A stretch of DNA of 64,000 nt. It comes from Tubulanus polymorphus (lineage: Eukaryota; Animalia; Nemertea). Under the pieces are notes generated by a model, which had not been told where the DNA came from, did no database searches, and saw nothing but the letters and a program-made list of their open reading frames with translations. Both the position numbers and the translations under genes were made by a program. Of the stretch, positions 11,177-24,582 are shown in pieces; the stretch's first letter is position 1, and every line of letters starts with the position of its first letter. The stretch lies in NCBI RefSeq assembly GCF_964204645.1, contig NC_134032.1, positions 3,124,175 to 3,188,174 of the forward strand, in the 5' to 3' direction.

Positions 11177-14100
11177 ATGGCGTCGATGAAGAGTTTGTTT
11201 GTAGTCGCTGTATTTTTATACGTCGGGAATTCTCTAGGTAAGTGCATATTTATATCAATATCTCTGGTCGATCGATGTCAATGGATTCATTCTCACGTTG
11301 GATTCAACGCTCCGACGACCTAGGAGGCACTTTCCTTATTATCTACATCATTTTTCTGAGAGTAATTAATTGATGTATTCAAATGCAAGTCACATATACT
11401 TTAGAACTATAGACGATAAGGAGAGGTTTTGATCCATATTTTAAAAATGCAATTATCAACTGTCTAATCTGATGTCTAATGATCTAATAATCTGTTACTC
11501 TAGAAGAGATTCATAATTTTTGATCCATATTTTAAAAATGCAATTATCAACTGTCTAATCTGATGTCTAATGTTCTAATAATCTGTTACTCTAGAAGAGA
11601 TTCATAATTTTTGATCCATATTTTAAAAACGCAATTATCAACTGTCTAATCTGATGTCTAATGTTCTAATAATCTGTTGTTTGTTGTTTCCTGTTCCAGC
11701 TATTTAAATGTCTAATAATCTTATGATAGTTACGATACTGTTTTTCAAACCCGAAGTAAAGTTCTAGCTTCCAACTACTGTCCAAGATCTCATGATCTAC
11801 TGCCCAATGATCTTTTTTTTAAATTATTTTATTTACTATTTTTATTTATTTTTTTTTATTTATAATTTCTTATTTATAATATCCTTTTTTATCCTTTTTC
11901 ACTCATGATCAACTGTCTAATAATCTAATGATGAACTGTTCAATGTTCTAATGATCTACTGTCTAATGATTTAATGACGAACTGCCCAATGGTCTCTAAT
12001 GATTTACTGTCTAATGATTTAATGACGAACTGTCTAATCATCTACTGTCTAATGATCTAATGATGAACTGCCCAATGATCTTTTTTAAATTATTTTTTTA
12101 ATTATTTTTATTTATTATTTGATTTATTTGATTTATTTTTTGTATTTATTATTTTGTATTTATAATATCCTTTTTTTATCCCTTTCCACTCATGATCAAC
12201 TGTCTAATAATCTAATGATGAACTGTTCAATGTTCTAATGATCTACTGTCTAATGACCTAATGATTAATGGTTTTTACCTCAAAATTTCAAAGTAAAAGT
12301 AGATCAGAGTTTTTAGATTTTATGCAAATCGGAGATTGTGCAATACATCCTAGCAAAGTGGTACGGAATCTGGGTGATTATTTTGACATCAATATGACCA
12401 TGGATCACCATGTTAAACAAGTCTGCAAGACAGCTTCTTTTGGTCTTTACAAAATAGGCAAAATTAGACATTTTTTAAATAATCCAATCATGGAAAGATT
12501 AGTTCATTGTTTTATAACTTCTAGACTTGATTACTGCAATAGTCTGTTACTTGGTACAAGTCTGTACAATATAAAAAAGTTGCGGCTTATCCAAAACTCT
12601 GCTGCCCGACTTGTCACGAGATCAAAAAAGGTTGATTCGATTACTCCAATACTTGCGTGCGCCGGGCTTTAGGTTATTTCGAAAACAGTGACCATTTACG
12701 AGGAAGGCAAGATGAAAAATAGATTCTGGTAGATATCCAGTCATCTTTCCTTTATCATAGAGTATTTCAATTCAGATTATGAAGGTCCAGGATTTATTTT
12801 ATACACTTAATGATTATATTTGAGGTCGGGTTTGATGATCAATTTTCAAATTGCCAGAGGCTCCGAAGACGATATAGAAGACTGCAAGTATATCTGATGT
12901 GTGGATCCCTGTAACACGCCCTCCATGTGATAGGACACTGTAGCATCCTCTCTTCATAAACTCTCCCCCACTGGTGCAGGCTTTTTTTCAAAGATTTAGA
13001 TTAATAATTATCAGGATCCAGTTCCATAGTTCCACTTGGGTTTATGATTTTAGGATTAAATCATTGAAGATGAACTAATACAGAACTGTGAACTGTTCTA
13101 GATTTTCAGTATTTGTTACTTCTTTATCCAGAGAAATACTGATTTCTTTTGTTACAAAAATATGAAAGATGTTACTGAGGGTCTTACTGTTGATTACTGA
13201 TTAATTTGAGCAGAAATATGAAAGATGTTACTGAGGGTCTTACTGTTGATTTCTGATTAATTTGAACAGAAATATGAAAGATGTTACTGAGGGTCTTACT
13301 GTCGATTACTGATTAATTTGAACAGAATTATGAAAGATGTTACTGATTAATTTTCTTTCATATTACAATAGAAAATTCAATTTGTTACTGATAACAGTTT
13401 TTAGAGGTTGCAGCCCTGCTAATTTAAACACAAGATTCCAAACAGATTGAAGTGATTTTTCTCAATGATTTCAAGCACATATTCGTATATATCACATCAA
13501 ATAGGAAGTTGATTGTAAATCTATTAATAGATTAGATTTAGACGTGAGGCATTTATACATTTCACATTCACAGCAGTTAAAACTGTGACTTTTTACTTGT
13601 GTTGTGTGAATATGTTGTGTGATTGTTGTATGGCTGCGAAAACGAAAACTGGGTTTAGGGGTGGGTTTAGGGGCCAGTTTCTTACAAGCCTCGGCTTTTT
13701 ACTGCTCCCTCCTCTCTATTTCTGTTATATATACTGTGGAATAAATCCATTTATTTATTCATTTATTCACTTGTATTGAAACATCTATTCATGTATATCT
13801 GTGTATTACCGATAATAATGATTTTGCATTATATGTAACTGAAAGTGTAAAGGAAAATAAAGAAAGGTGATGATGATATAGAAGAAAGCAAGTATATCTG
13901 ATGTGTGGATCCCCTGTAACACCCCCTCCATGTGATAGGACACTGTAGCATCCTCTCTTCATAAACCCTCCCCCACTGGTGCAGGCTTCTATTCAAAGAT
14001 TTAGATTAATAATTATCAGGATCCAGTTCCATAGTTCCACTTGAGTTTATGATTCTAGGGTTAAATCATTGAAGGTGAACTAACACAGAACTGTAAACTG

Positions 14101-17100
14101 TTCTAGATTTTCAGTATTTGTTACTACTTTATCTAGAGAAATACTGATTTGATTTGTTTGATGCTTACACAAATGTGAAAGATGTTTCTGAGGGTCTTAC
14201 TGTTGATTGCTGATTAATTTGAACAGAAATATGAAATATGTTACTGAGGGTCTTTCAATAGAAAATTCAATTTGTTACTGATAACAGTTTTTATAGGTTG
14301 CAGCCCTGTTAATTCTAACAAAAGATTCCTAACTGATTGAAGTGATTTTTTGTCAATGATTTCAAGCACATATTCTTATATATCACATCAAATAGGGAGT
14401 TGATTGTAAATCTATTAATAGATTAGATTTTGACGTGAAGCATTGTTTCTATACATTACACATTGACAGCAGTTGAAACTGTGACTTTTTACTTCAGTAA
14501 ATGGCCAATATGACGCGTTGTTACGGATCTGTAGCCAGCAGTTTTCATGGGCAATTATTTTATTTCAATAAAGCATAGGCAATATAGTAGTCGATTGAAG
14601 GGTTTGTGTTGGCGGTAGGGAATCAAACCCTTGCAAGCGAGGAATAGATGAAGGTCTCTGAATTCAGGCATAAATTACACCGCGAACCTAGTGTCCGATA
14701 AAGGATCGCAGATCAAAAGGTGAAACCAAAATCAGTCGACCTTTTTGGGAACAAAACAATCACACACAGCCGACCGACCCATTTCGTAAGCCGATCGGCC
14801 CTTGGGAGATACAAATGTAAGAAAGATGAACTGATCAAAGCATCTTTAAAATTTCCCTTGAAAATTTTTAGAATGTGTTAAAGTGCGAATTTCAGCGAAG
14901 AATAATGGCCGCTAGTCGGCCATCTTTATTCAGACCAGGTCAGGTTTTGGGGGCAAGCGATGAATCACCGACGTAGCATAACTATTCCTGTAAACACTAT
15001 TTTGCCGATACCTCGCTCTGATTGGCTCATTTACACCGCGCATGCGCACTGAGGTGTGCGACTTTAAAAATGTGTACAGAAAATACAACAGAGAGAAAAG
15101 AGAACAGTATTGAAACTGAGGCCTGCGAGCACTGGCACAGTTACTTACTACTAGACCACCGCGGCACAGTCAAATACAGTTGGAATCTTTTACCAGCCCT
15201 CAACCTAACCTTAACCCCAATAGTCAGCGCCGTATGTCTATAAAATGTGTTGTGAAATGAGATAGAATTTTGAATACAATTAATTTGCCGCTTTAATTTT
15301 GACAGTATTTCCGCGCCATGATATGAGGCAGCAGCAGTTTCTGTATAAGTTCATTGATATTTTTTCTATATTGGCAGATGTTAAAACTGACTCAACTTGT
15401 AGTATCGGGCGGTCATATAGATTACAGACCGGTTTCTGTACATTCATTGATATGTTTTCTATATTAGCAGACGCGAATACAGATTCAACTTGCAGTCGGT
15501 CATACAGATTACAGACCGGTAGATCAGGTTACATCACTAGTCCTGGATATCCGGACAATTATAGTGAGTTACTGTGGTGTAGATGGAAGATTGTTCCACC
15601 TGTAAACACGGTAAATATAAAACACAGGAAATTGTGAATCTCAGGAGTGAGAAATATTCACTGTTAAACCGGGTGCGCACACCTTTGCGATCATCATATC
15701 ATCGCATGCGATGACACAATGAAAATCGCATCATCCCCGCATACCTTAGCGATTTTTATGAAGGCCTCAAATACGTGACTGAGCCGCCATTTTGAGCATC
15801 ACGTGACTGCTTCATCCTTAATTCTGATTGGCTACTAAACATTTTCGTTCGGAAAATCGGCAGCGTAGCCCGCAGACCTTTACGATTTTTATCGCACGGA
15901 AAAATGGCATGCGAAAATATCGAACATGTTTGATTTGTTGCGATGATGCGATGTAATCGGCTCCAGATGCCACCGCATACCTTTACGACAACGCGATAAA
16001 ACCATGCGATGAAGCAATCATACGATCGCTCGCACAGGTTTGCGCCGGGCTTTAGGAAGAATATTTTTGTCAGCACATTTTGTACGAGTGTCGAACAGAA
16101 CTTTTATTTCTCTTTGAACCCGACAATCGGGTGCTGAACTGTTTAACTATTACATTACATCACTCATTATCAATAACCCTTAATGATTACAACCAGTTAG
16201 AATGATGTGAACACATTTCAATAACGATACATCTAAATTATTTCTATTTCAGAAAGTTGAAATATTGTTTGAAACATTCAGCCTGGAGCCCCCAAATATC
16301 GGAGGGAATTGCGTTGACTATATAGCGAGTAAGAATCGAATCACGTTCTTCATTATTTTCTTTTAACGAAACAAAACATGATTTAATTTCGCATGAGTCC
16401 AAAAATAGTCTTCACTCATTAGAATGGTTTTAAATCTTATCAGTGAAACTGAACTCTGAATTATATTTGTGTACTTTTAACTTTCATCTTTTATCAGTAT
16501 TTATATAATAATTATTTAGTAAAAGTGGAGATGAATAAAGATATATTAGAATCATTATGATTGTTATATTACAGTAGGTGGAATTGGATATTGTGGCAGT
16601 ACAGCGCCCTCTACACAATACTATACCGGTGATGTGTTAATAGAGTTTATATCAGACAACAGTGTAAACTACATGTATAAAGGGTTTAAACTGATTTGGA
16701 GGATATTAAAAGGTAGCTCATAATGAGAAGTTTATCGTGGAATCAGTAGATCACATATAAAACAATTCAATTCAATATTTATTTGTAGTTGATTCGACTT
16801 GTAGTAAGAAACCTAGAGTACAGGATGATACATCAGGTTACATCACCAGTCCTAAATATCCGGACAAATATAGTGAACACCTTGATTGTAAATGGAGGAT
16901 TGAGACTCCAAAAAACAAGGTAAATATATACATTGTGATTAAAACCCCTGAAAACATGGTAAATATCTACATTGTGTATTTGTGAAATGTTGATCCTAGA
17001 GAAAAAAAATGATATTGTCGCAATTTCTGCACGAGCAGGTCTCAGGAGTGAGTAATATTTGCACTAGTAGAAACTCAATGGGGCTAAGATTAGGTCTAAC

Positions 17101-20100
17101 TTTATCCCTGGATTTAGTTTAACCGATAATTCCGGGTTTAAGTTAAAACTGATCAAAATAAACGGTTCCTGAAATAGATAATGAATGATAATTCAATTCT
17201 AAGTTTGTATATATATATTTTTGCAGCTGGTTGAAATATCATTTGACAAGAATTTTCATATAAAGGAAAGTACAGATGTCAATTATAAAGGTGTTTGCTG
17301 GGACAAGTTGACGATAGGAAGTGAAATCGGTAAAGATCTAAACACACTTCACACCGTGAATGATTTTTTATGATTCATAAAGTTTTATCAGATTTATTTC
17401 TTCATCAGGGAGTAATCAATATTGTGGCTGGACAGCTCCTGGTAAACGATTATACACTGGAAATATAACAATACAGTTTACATCAGACAGTAATAGAAAC
17501 TATGTCGGGTTCAAACTGTACTGGCGGTTTGTACGAGGTAAAGGTTAAGATAGTTTATCAATAAAAATGGTAGAAAAATGAAATATTTGAACGAAATTCT
17601 GAAATTGATGAGATCCATGGATACCACATAAATCAGTTGTTATTTCTTTCAGGTTCAGTTTGGCAGGTGATAGTGTTTACAGGGCGTAGTACAGGTATTA
17701 TAATACAAACAGTCAGGATAGGTTTCGGTGAGACAGGTAGTGACATCACGTACTTCCACCTGGGAACCGAGTTCGAGGCCGGATCAAACAAGACTCACGA
17801 ACTGTTGTTACCAGTGAACATCACAAATCCACATCCACCGAGAAAACTCATGTTGAAATCTGCACGGAATACAAACTGGCGCGTCATCCAGGTTATAGAA
17901 ATATGGAGAGGGAGTGGAGAGAGAGGCCGGTGTGAATTTGATATTAACTCATATATTCATATATTTAAATTCAATAGGTGGCGCTAGTAGGTGTGATAGA
18001 TGGTGACAATGTTGTGTACATGTATAACTGCAGTAAGAGCCACACAAAGACACAGACTTGTAATTATCATTCAGAAATTCATAAACCAGGTTCGTTAAAA
18101 CGTATTATTGAACTCAGAATACCTTATGAACTGAACTTATAATTAGACTGTTGCGGTAAGCCTAGGCTAACAAACCTTTTCTTTTAAAACCTGAGTTATG
18201 AGCAACTTAACGCCTCAAGCGGGCTAGGTGTAAAGTCTACTAAGGCTCCACGCTGAAAGCTGATGATAATGATGATTATCCGGTCCAATCCGTGTTTGAA
18301 TTATCCTCAAAGGTCGTAAAAGGGTCCCTCCTCACAGATTGCGGTCAAGTGTGAAAAGTCATATTTTTTCCTGTTATTTCTAGTTAAATGGCAGATCGCT
18401 GTTTTTAGTGGAATCAAGTGGAATAGTTCCAGGTTATACTATACCAGTGGAAGAGTTGATATTCAGATTATCGGTGACCGAAATGAATCACAGTTTACAT
18501 ATCTAGGTTCACAATTCGGGAAGATAAGAGAACGAAAAGATGTGATCATCTTCACAAGAAATATTGGAAAACCTAAAACTGTAAAAATAAAACGCGAATC
18601 CGGAAATAGAGAAAAATGGTGGTTGCTAAAACAAGTAAGTTGTCAATAAGTCCTAAACTGCTCGTAATGTAGGTCAACCTGCTCATTATGTAGGTCATCC
18701 TACTCATGATGTAGGTCATCCTACTCGCGTCGCTATCTGGAATCGAGGATCATCAGTGATTTACATTTTACAGGTGAATTGATTGAAATAATCAATACAG
18801 GTTCCCCTTGCCCTCCTTCCCCCTCTCCCTCTCATTGTCCTCCTCACCCCTCACAATCTCCCCTTCTACTCTACCCTCCTCACACCCTCTCATTTCTCAC
18901 TCCCTCACCTCCTCACTAACTCTCTCACCTCCTCACCCCTCACACCTCTCTCAGGTTTTTACAATCTATCTCTGATTTTCTCGTTGTAGTTCACAATGTT
19001 CTCCAGTAAGATTTTCCCGAATCAACAATTTGTCGCTAACACAACAAAAACGATGTCAAACTCAACCACCAGCACACACATTGGATCGAATCAAGTGGCT
19101 GTTATTGAGTTAAAAACTGTAGAATTTGGTGAGTACCACAATGAGTACCTCAAGTTAAACACTGTAGATTTTGGTGAGTAGCACAACCTGTAAACCTGCA
19201 CAGTTGTGACTTCTTAAGCCCGAAAATGGTTGCGTAAGTTGTTAGTTTGTTTGATTGTGTGGAGTTGAATCTAAGTCCTGTAGCTTGAACTTCAGTTAAA
19301 ACACGGCGGCGCCGCGAGTCGAACCATATTCAAAATCGATAATATATATTTGTAGGACCATCAGCAGTGACACAAGTTACAGAAACCACCTCAACGTCAA
19401 GTGAGTTATTTTTACAGAAGGTTTAAAAGTGTACAATCAATTGGTTACATGAGCCCCTTGCAGGTTGGGTTAGGTACCATTTGAAAATTGAACAAACATA
19501 TATATTTATATTTGTAGGACCATCAACAGTGACACAAGTCACAATAACCACCTCAACATCAAGTGAGTTATTTCTATTGATCACCAAAGTTTTAGAAAGT
19601 GTACATTCATTTCATAAGGCCTTCCCAAATAAAAAGGGAATTTCTTTTTAGTTCCCTTTTTAGTCCTAATTCCTGCAATATGAATATAAACACAGAATAC
19701 ACTTCTCCATACCCAAAAACAACTGAATCGCGTCGACTATAGAGTAAAAATGACATTTATTAGTTCACATAAAACAGAATCTTACATATGCGAAATAAAT
19801 ACCCTGATTAAAGCATTTTACTCTTTAAACTTTTTTGAAACAAAAATGCCACGAAAATAATGAATTTGAAACTGTTGACATACAGTTGAGTTTTATATAA
19901 TTGCAGATTCTAAAAATGCTGGTCCTGCGGACACGGTGGCTGGTTTCTGGGCAACAGTTGGCAGTGCAATCGGTTTCTCAATTGTGATTGCAATCGTTAT
20001 CGTAGTAACGGTCGTGTTGTATGTACACCGCAGAAACATGTATAACAGAAATAATACTGGTTCGTTGTTTATATTTTACAGGGGGTTTGAGAACTCGTCA

Positions 20101-22622
20101 CTCAATGTCGTAATATTGCTGTATATACAGTTTTAGCAGCATCAGAACCAATTGAATATTCCATGCATAGATTATTCTTATATCTAGAGATTGTCAGGAA
20201 CCCGATAATGATGCTGATGATTCATACAAATGATGACTTATACTTAGTATATTGAATTGGAAATATGAATTTGTCAGACTCGAAGACTATCACCAAATGA
20301 GACGAGAAGATACACAATATCCGTGTAAGAAGATAACAAGAGAAATCCCACAATAAGTTCAGCCAAAACGAGAAACTTGAATAGAAGAGTTATATATATT
20401 TGCGCAACGTTTCGGCTAAAGACTATTAGCCATCATCAGGCGTACTGAGTACAGGAGAATATTACAAGATATTTATACAAGACCAAAACAATAGAAGCAG
20501 AGTGAGTGATTAAAATATTGAAAGGGGAATTGTTATGTCATTACTTTAATCTATTCCCCTTTCAATATTTTAATCACTCACTCTGCTTCTATTGTTTTGG
20601 TCTTGTATAAATATCTTGTAATATTCTCCTGTACTCAGTACGCCTGATGATGGCTAATAGTCTTTAGCCGAAACGTTGCGCAAATATATATAACTCTTCT
20701 ATTCAAGTTTCTCGTTTTGGCTGAACTTATTGTGGGATTTCTCTTACTATCACCAAATATTTATGTTCTAGGCAAAACATAGACGTGTGGAATTAGCCCT
20801 AAGCAATCATCACAGTCGAGTGGTGACCAGTCAGGTCTGATGACCTGATTACAATACCCGATATCATTCTATCATTTGGTCCTCAAAACTTCTTGTAATA
20901 GAACGATAACCACACTCAAACGTGGTGAACGGATAATATGATAAAATCCCACTATTTACAGATTAAAAGAATTTTAGAACAAGAATTTATTTATTCAATC
21001 TAAAATATATAGAATACACGACGTTTCGATCTCAGACTCCCGACGATGATCTCTAGGGTGAGATTGAAACGTCGTGTATTCTATATATTTTAGATTGAAT
21101 AAATAAATTATTGTTCTAAAATTCTTTTAATCTGTAAATAGTGGGTTTTTATCTTATTTTCTTGTCTTACTCTTAATAACTGGCAACCATATGAACCGTA
21201 AATTAACTATAAACTGTAGGTTCTAATCCGTAGATTTGGCTAGTGCAGTGAACAGTTCAGTACTAGTACCGGTACTAGTCCTTCCTTTATTCCGAAACAA
21301 ACTATTCCTAAAACTCATCGAGTCCTTGACCTGAAAGAGTTTACTGTTGATGAGAAATACGGTGAAACTCTTAGAGTGAATTGAATCAGAACTAAGAATT
21401 AGGAGTAAAAAAATAGAGATGACTTCAGTAATGTGACGACTGATCCAAATGACGACTTACACTTAGTAAATTGAAATAGAAATACAAATTGAGACTCAAA
21501 ATAGAGAGACGACGGGTTGTAATGTTGCGATGATTTCACTGAACTGTTAAATATTCGTCTATTTCTTTTTTCAGGTGTGGTTTCTGAACCGGATGTCGTT
21601 TATGAATGTTCTGTTGGCGCTAGTGGTAACTCGTGTTTTAACATGTTTGAAATGACGTAACTGACTCTGTAGGAATTCTCCGTGATAACGCGATATTTCT
21701 CTGTGTTTTGTAGCTCGGATCGACAGACGAACTGTTCCTCCATCTACTCCAGCTGCTCCATCTGCTGCTGGTGTCGGGTTCATTGAAGAAGGTGCGCGCG
21801 CAGGTCTTCGCGTCCAACCAGAATCCGTTTCGAATTTTTTAAACCGATTCTATTTCTGAAATGTGTTTTTTATTTCTAGTTGAGAATGTTGAAGACGATG
21901 ATTTCACGGCTGGAAGTGTTGATATTGAGGTTTGTATCGAACCCTCCCGATCTAGATCCACCTACACCCCCTCAATCTATAGCGTCGAGCCACCCCCCCC
22001 CCCCAATCTATAGCGTGGAGCCACCCACACCCCCTCAATCTATAGCGTGGAACAACCTACACCCCCTCGATCTATAGCGTGGAACCACCCACACCCACTC
22101 GATCTATAGCATGGAACCACCCACACCCCCTCAATCTATAGCGTGGAACCACCCACACCCCCTCGATCTATAGCGTGGAACCACCCACACCCCCTTGATC
22201 TATAGCGTGGAGCCACCCACACTCCCTCAATCTATAGCATGGAGCCAACACTTCAACAATCTGAAGGGAATGCAAGTTTTTGGCTGAGGGGGTGCAGGGT
22301 TTCGACTGAGGAGTCCACACTGAGGGGTGAGGGGTCCACACTGAGGGAGGTGAGGGGTCCCGACTATCAGGCTGTTGATACCCGCATAAATTGCGAGATA
22401 ATTAAACATCTTTTTTTTCTTCAGGATATCGGTGAAGATGGGACGATCTATGCACGACTAGACAACATGTCCCGACCGGACCCCGCGAGGCTTCAACCGA
22501 GCACCTCTAGGGGGCGTACTGCTCCACGAGTGATCCTAGGCGCCGAGGAAGATGTCGGATTGTACGGTGAATTAGACTTCAGTCGACCTGCGATACCTTT
22601 AACAGAACTAAACAACCGCTGA
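11177..22622 (+). CDS. Type-I membrane receptor, ~712 aa: SP-CUB-CUB-PLAT/LH2-PLAT/LH2-S/T stalk-TM-cytoplasmic Tyr motifs. Exons 11177-11237,15471-15610,16253-16328,16575-16712,16789-16919,17227-17329,17409-17537,17653-17891,17978-18089,18384-18634,18990-19128,19356-19400,19518-19562,19907-20059,21575-21625,21714-21791,21880-21929,22425-22622
   Basis: All 17 introns are GT-AG and phase-compatible. SP MASMKSLFVVAVFLYVGNSL; CUB GYITSPGYPDNY..CRWKI / YCG..FISD..GFKL twice; PLAT-like WQVIVFTG..FEAGS and VDIQIIGDRNES..NIGKPKTVKI..WWLLKQ; TM AIGFSIVIAIVIVVTVVLYV-HRR; tail TIYARL and LYGELDF. Extra small cytoplasmic exons near 20136 and 20772 are possible. Confidence 0.8.
11428..12265. repeat. Intronic tandem repeats (~91-bp x3, then degenerate gatctactgtctaat units)
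   Basis: Directly visible. Confidence 0.8.
12268..12655 (+). mobile_element. L2-clade LINE RT C-terminal fragment
   Basis: LVHCFITSRLDYCNSLLLG...IQNSAARLVTRSKK..ITPIL. Confidence 0.85.
12870..14495. repeat. Tandem duplication of ~650-730 bp (12870-13600 / 13874-14495)
   Basis: Both copies start gatatagaaga..gcaagtatatctgatgtgtggatccc and align over their length. Confidence 0.85.
15666..16053. mobile_element. Intronic MITE
   Basis: aaaccgggtgcgcacacctttgcgatc / gatcgctcgcacaggtttgcgccgggcttt imperfect TIRs. Confidence 0.6.
20299..20745. mobile_element. Inverted Penelope pLTR insertion with hammerheads, 13-bp flanking duplication
   Basis: 193-bp inverted arms 20338-20530 / 20553-20745; actatcaccaaat at 20286-20298 and 20746-20758; same family as the element at 6340. 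Confidence 0.85.
20636..20682 (+). ncRNA. Minimal hammerhead ribozyme (mirror copy on - strand at ~20401-20447)
   Basis: tacgc CTGATGA t ggctaa-tagtct-ttagcc GAAAC GTT gcg. Confidence 0.7.
20940..21153. mobile_element. Second Penelope-like inverted hairpin with a degenerate hammerhead
   Basis: ~95-bp inverted arms; centre cCGACGA t gatctc-tagggt-gagatt GAAACGTC. Confidence 0.6.
21950..22250. repeat. ~32-bp minisatellite
   Basis: ccacccacaccccctcaatctatagcgtggaa units. Confidence 0.9.
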
Positions 22623-23209
22623 AACCAGTGAATTATAATCTGCCAATCGCGACAATCAATTCCTATTATTTTTAATTTTCTTTTCTCATTTCTTTTTTGT
22701 GTTATTTGTTTTTTCTATCTATTATCTGTAACTATTTTTTATTTTTCGGTCAGCTGTCCCACTGTATGTTTTCCCACTGATATATTGTAAGATTTTTATG
22801 ATGATCATATAATCATATTCTGTCTTAGAAAACTGATGTATAGGATTATACTATGTCATAATTTTTGCAGGAAATAAAGTAATAATAATAATGATGATAA
22901 TAGGCCTAATAATAATAATTTATCCAAGTAGAATTTTATAAAAATCAAGACATCATATTCTTTAGATAATAAATGAATTGTAAATAAGTATTTATCTGTC
23001 TAATATTGGTGTGTTTGTAATATGTTTCTAATGTTTGTTTATGACTGTGCAGGAGTCAGTTGCCTCTAAGTTGGTTGTTATAGTTAACCAGTGGATAGTT
23101 GACTATTGATAGTGACAATTAAAAGTTTATTGTTACTATGTATGCTATTTATCCACCGGTTATCTTTATCCATCTTAACAAGCTGCTACAGCCTCCGCCC
23201 CCCTCCCCC

Positions 23210-23783
23210 GGGCCAGTTGCGTAGTCATAACTTGAGTCCAAAAGTGGTCTTGAATCTTAAGACTGGTCTTAAGTTGTTAGATTGGCTATAGAACTAAGTT
23301 GGTCTTAGACTGGTCTTAAGTTGTTAGGTCGGCTATAGAACCAAAATGAGCTTAGAAAGGTCTTAAAGTTGTTAGATTGGCTATAGAACTAAATTGGTCT
23401 TAGGCTGGTCTTATGTAGTTAGATTGGTTATAGAACCAAAATGAGCTTAGACTGGTCTTAAGTTGTTAGATTGGCTATAGAACTAAGTTGGTCTTAGACG
23501 GGTCTTAAGTTGTTAGATTGGTTATAGAACCAAAATGAGCTTAGACTGGTCTTAAGTTGTTAGATTAGCTATAGAACCAAAATGAGCTTAGACTGGTCTT
23601 TAGTTGTTAGATTGGCCATAGGACCAAGTTGGTCTGAGACTGGTCTTAAGTTGTTAGATTGGCTATGGAACTATGGTCTTGGGTCTAAGATTTTATCTTA
23701 AGACTGATTTTAAGTTTATGTCAGATTGGCTGTAGAACTGGTCTTAGACTGGTTGAAAGTCTAACCATGACTATGCAACCGGC
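23210..23783. mobile_element. MITE carrying an internal 47-bp tandem array
   Basis: TIR ggccagttgcgtagtcat / atgactatgcaaccggc flanking agactggtcttaagttgttagattggctatagaaccaaaatgagctt units. Confidence 0.7.
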
Positions 23784-23784
23784 A

Positions 23785-24057
23785 CAGAGCCGTCGGTAGG
23801 AATTTTTCAGTGGCAAGGCTTATTTCTGAAGGGGGGTCTGGGGCCCTCCCCTAGAAAGATTTTGATAATTCAATCGCCGGAGATGCGTTTTGGGGCCATT
23901 TCATGGTCTCATTCATAGAAACATGAGAAGTCGTGAGCCAACCACCTAGTACAGAGAACGACGAGCTGCTACGCGGTACAGCGTGCTTTGAAAAAACTTA
24001 AAGCAAAAAAGTGGGGCGGCTTTGGCCGACCCTGCCGCCCCTGTTCCGACGGCCCTG
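23785..24057. mobile_element. MITE (CAG...CTG); further copies at 59468-59744 and partial at 24536-24582
   Basis: TIR cagagccgtcgg / ccgacggccctg; cggca duplicated at the flanks. Confidence 0.8.
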
Positions 24058-24582
24058 CGGCAGCTGGATCCAGTTCCACTTTTCGCGGTTAAATCTTAAA
24101 TGTTATGATAAATCTCAGCACTATGAAACTGGATCAATATTTTCATCATCTAACCCGCGGGTTACATATGTATTTTCATTGATTGTATGAACTAAAAAGG
24201 AATGAATTAATTTGAGAAGATAATTTGAATATAACCACTAACAGTCGTTAGCGTTTTATTTTTTTTTGTCGTTTTGATGACGTCATGGATATCTTACGGA
24301 AAACCCAGTCTCATGGAAGAGGAGTTTGCATCTTGACCCCTCCAAATTTGGTGACTTTCTACATACATTTATTTCACCGTACGGTACTGCCGCTATACTC
24401 CTTGTTAGCGGGATTTTCATACACTAACGCAAGTCGACTCTGGCAAGCAAGGGTTATGGAGTATAACTAGAGAGCACGTCGATTGCCAGAGTTGACTTAC
24501 GTTAGTGTATAGAAAAAACCGCTAACGATGAGCATCAGAGCCGTCGGAAGGAATTTTTCAGTGGCGAGGCTTATTTCTGAAG

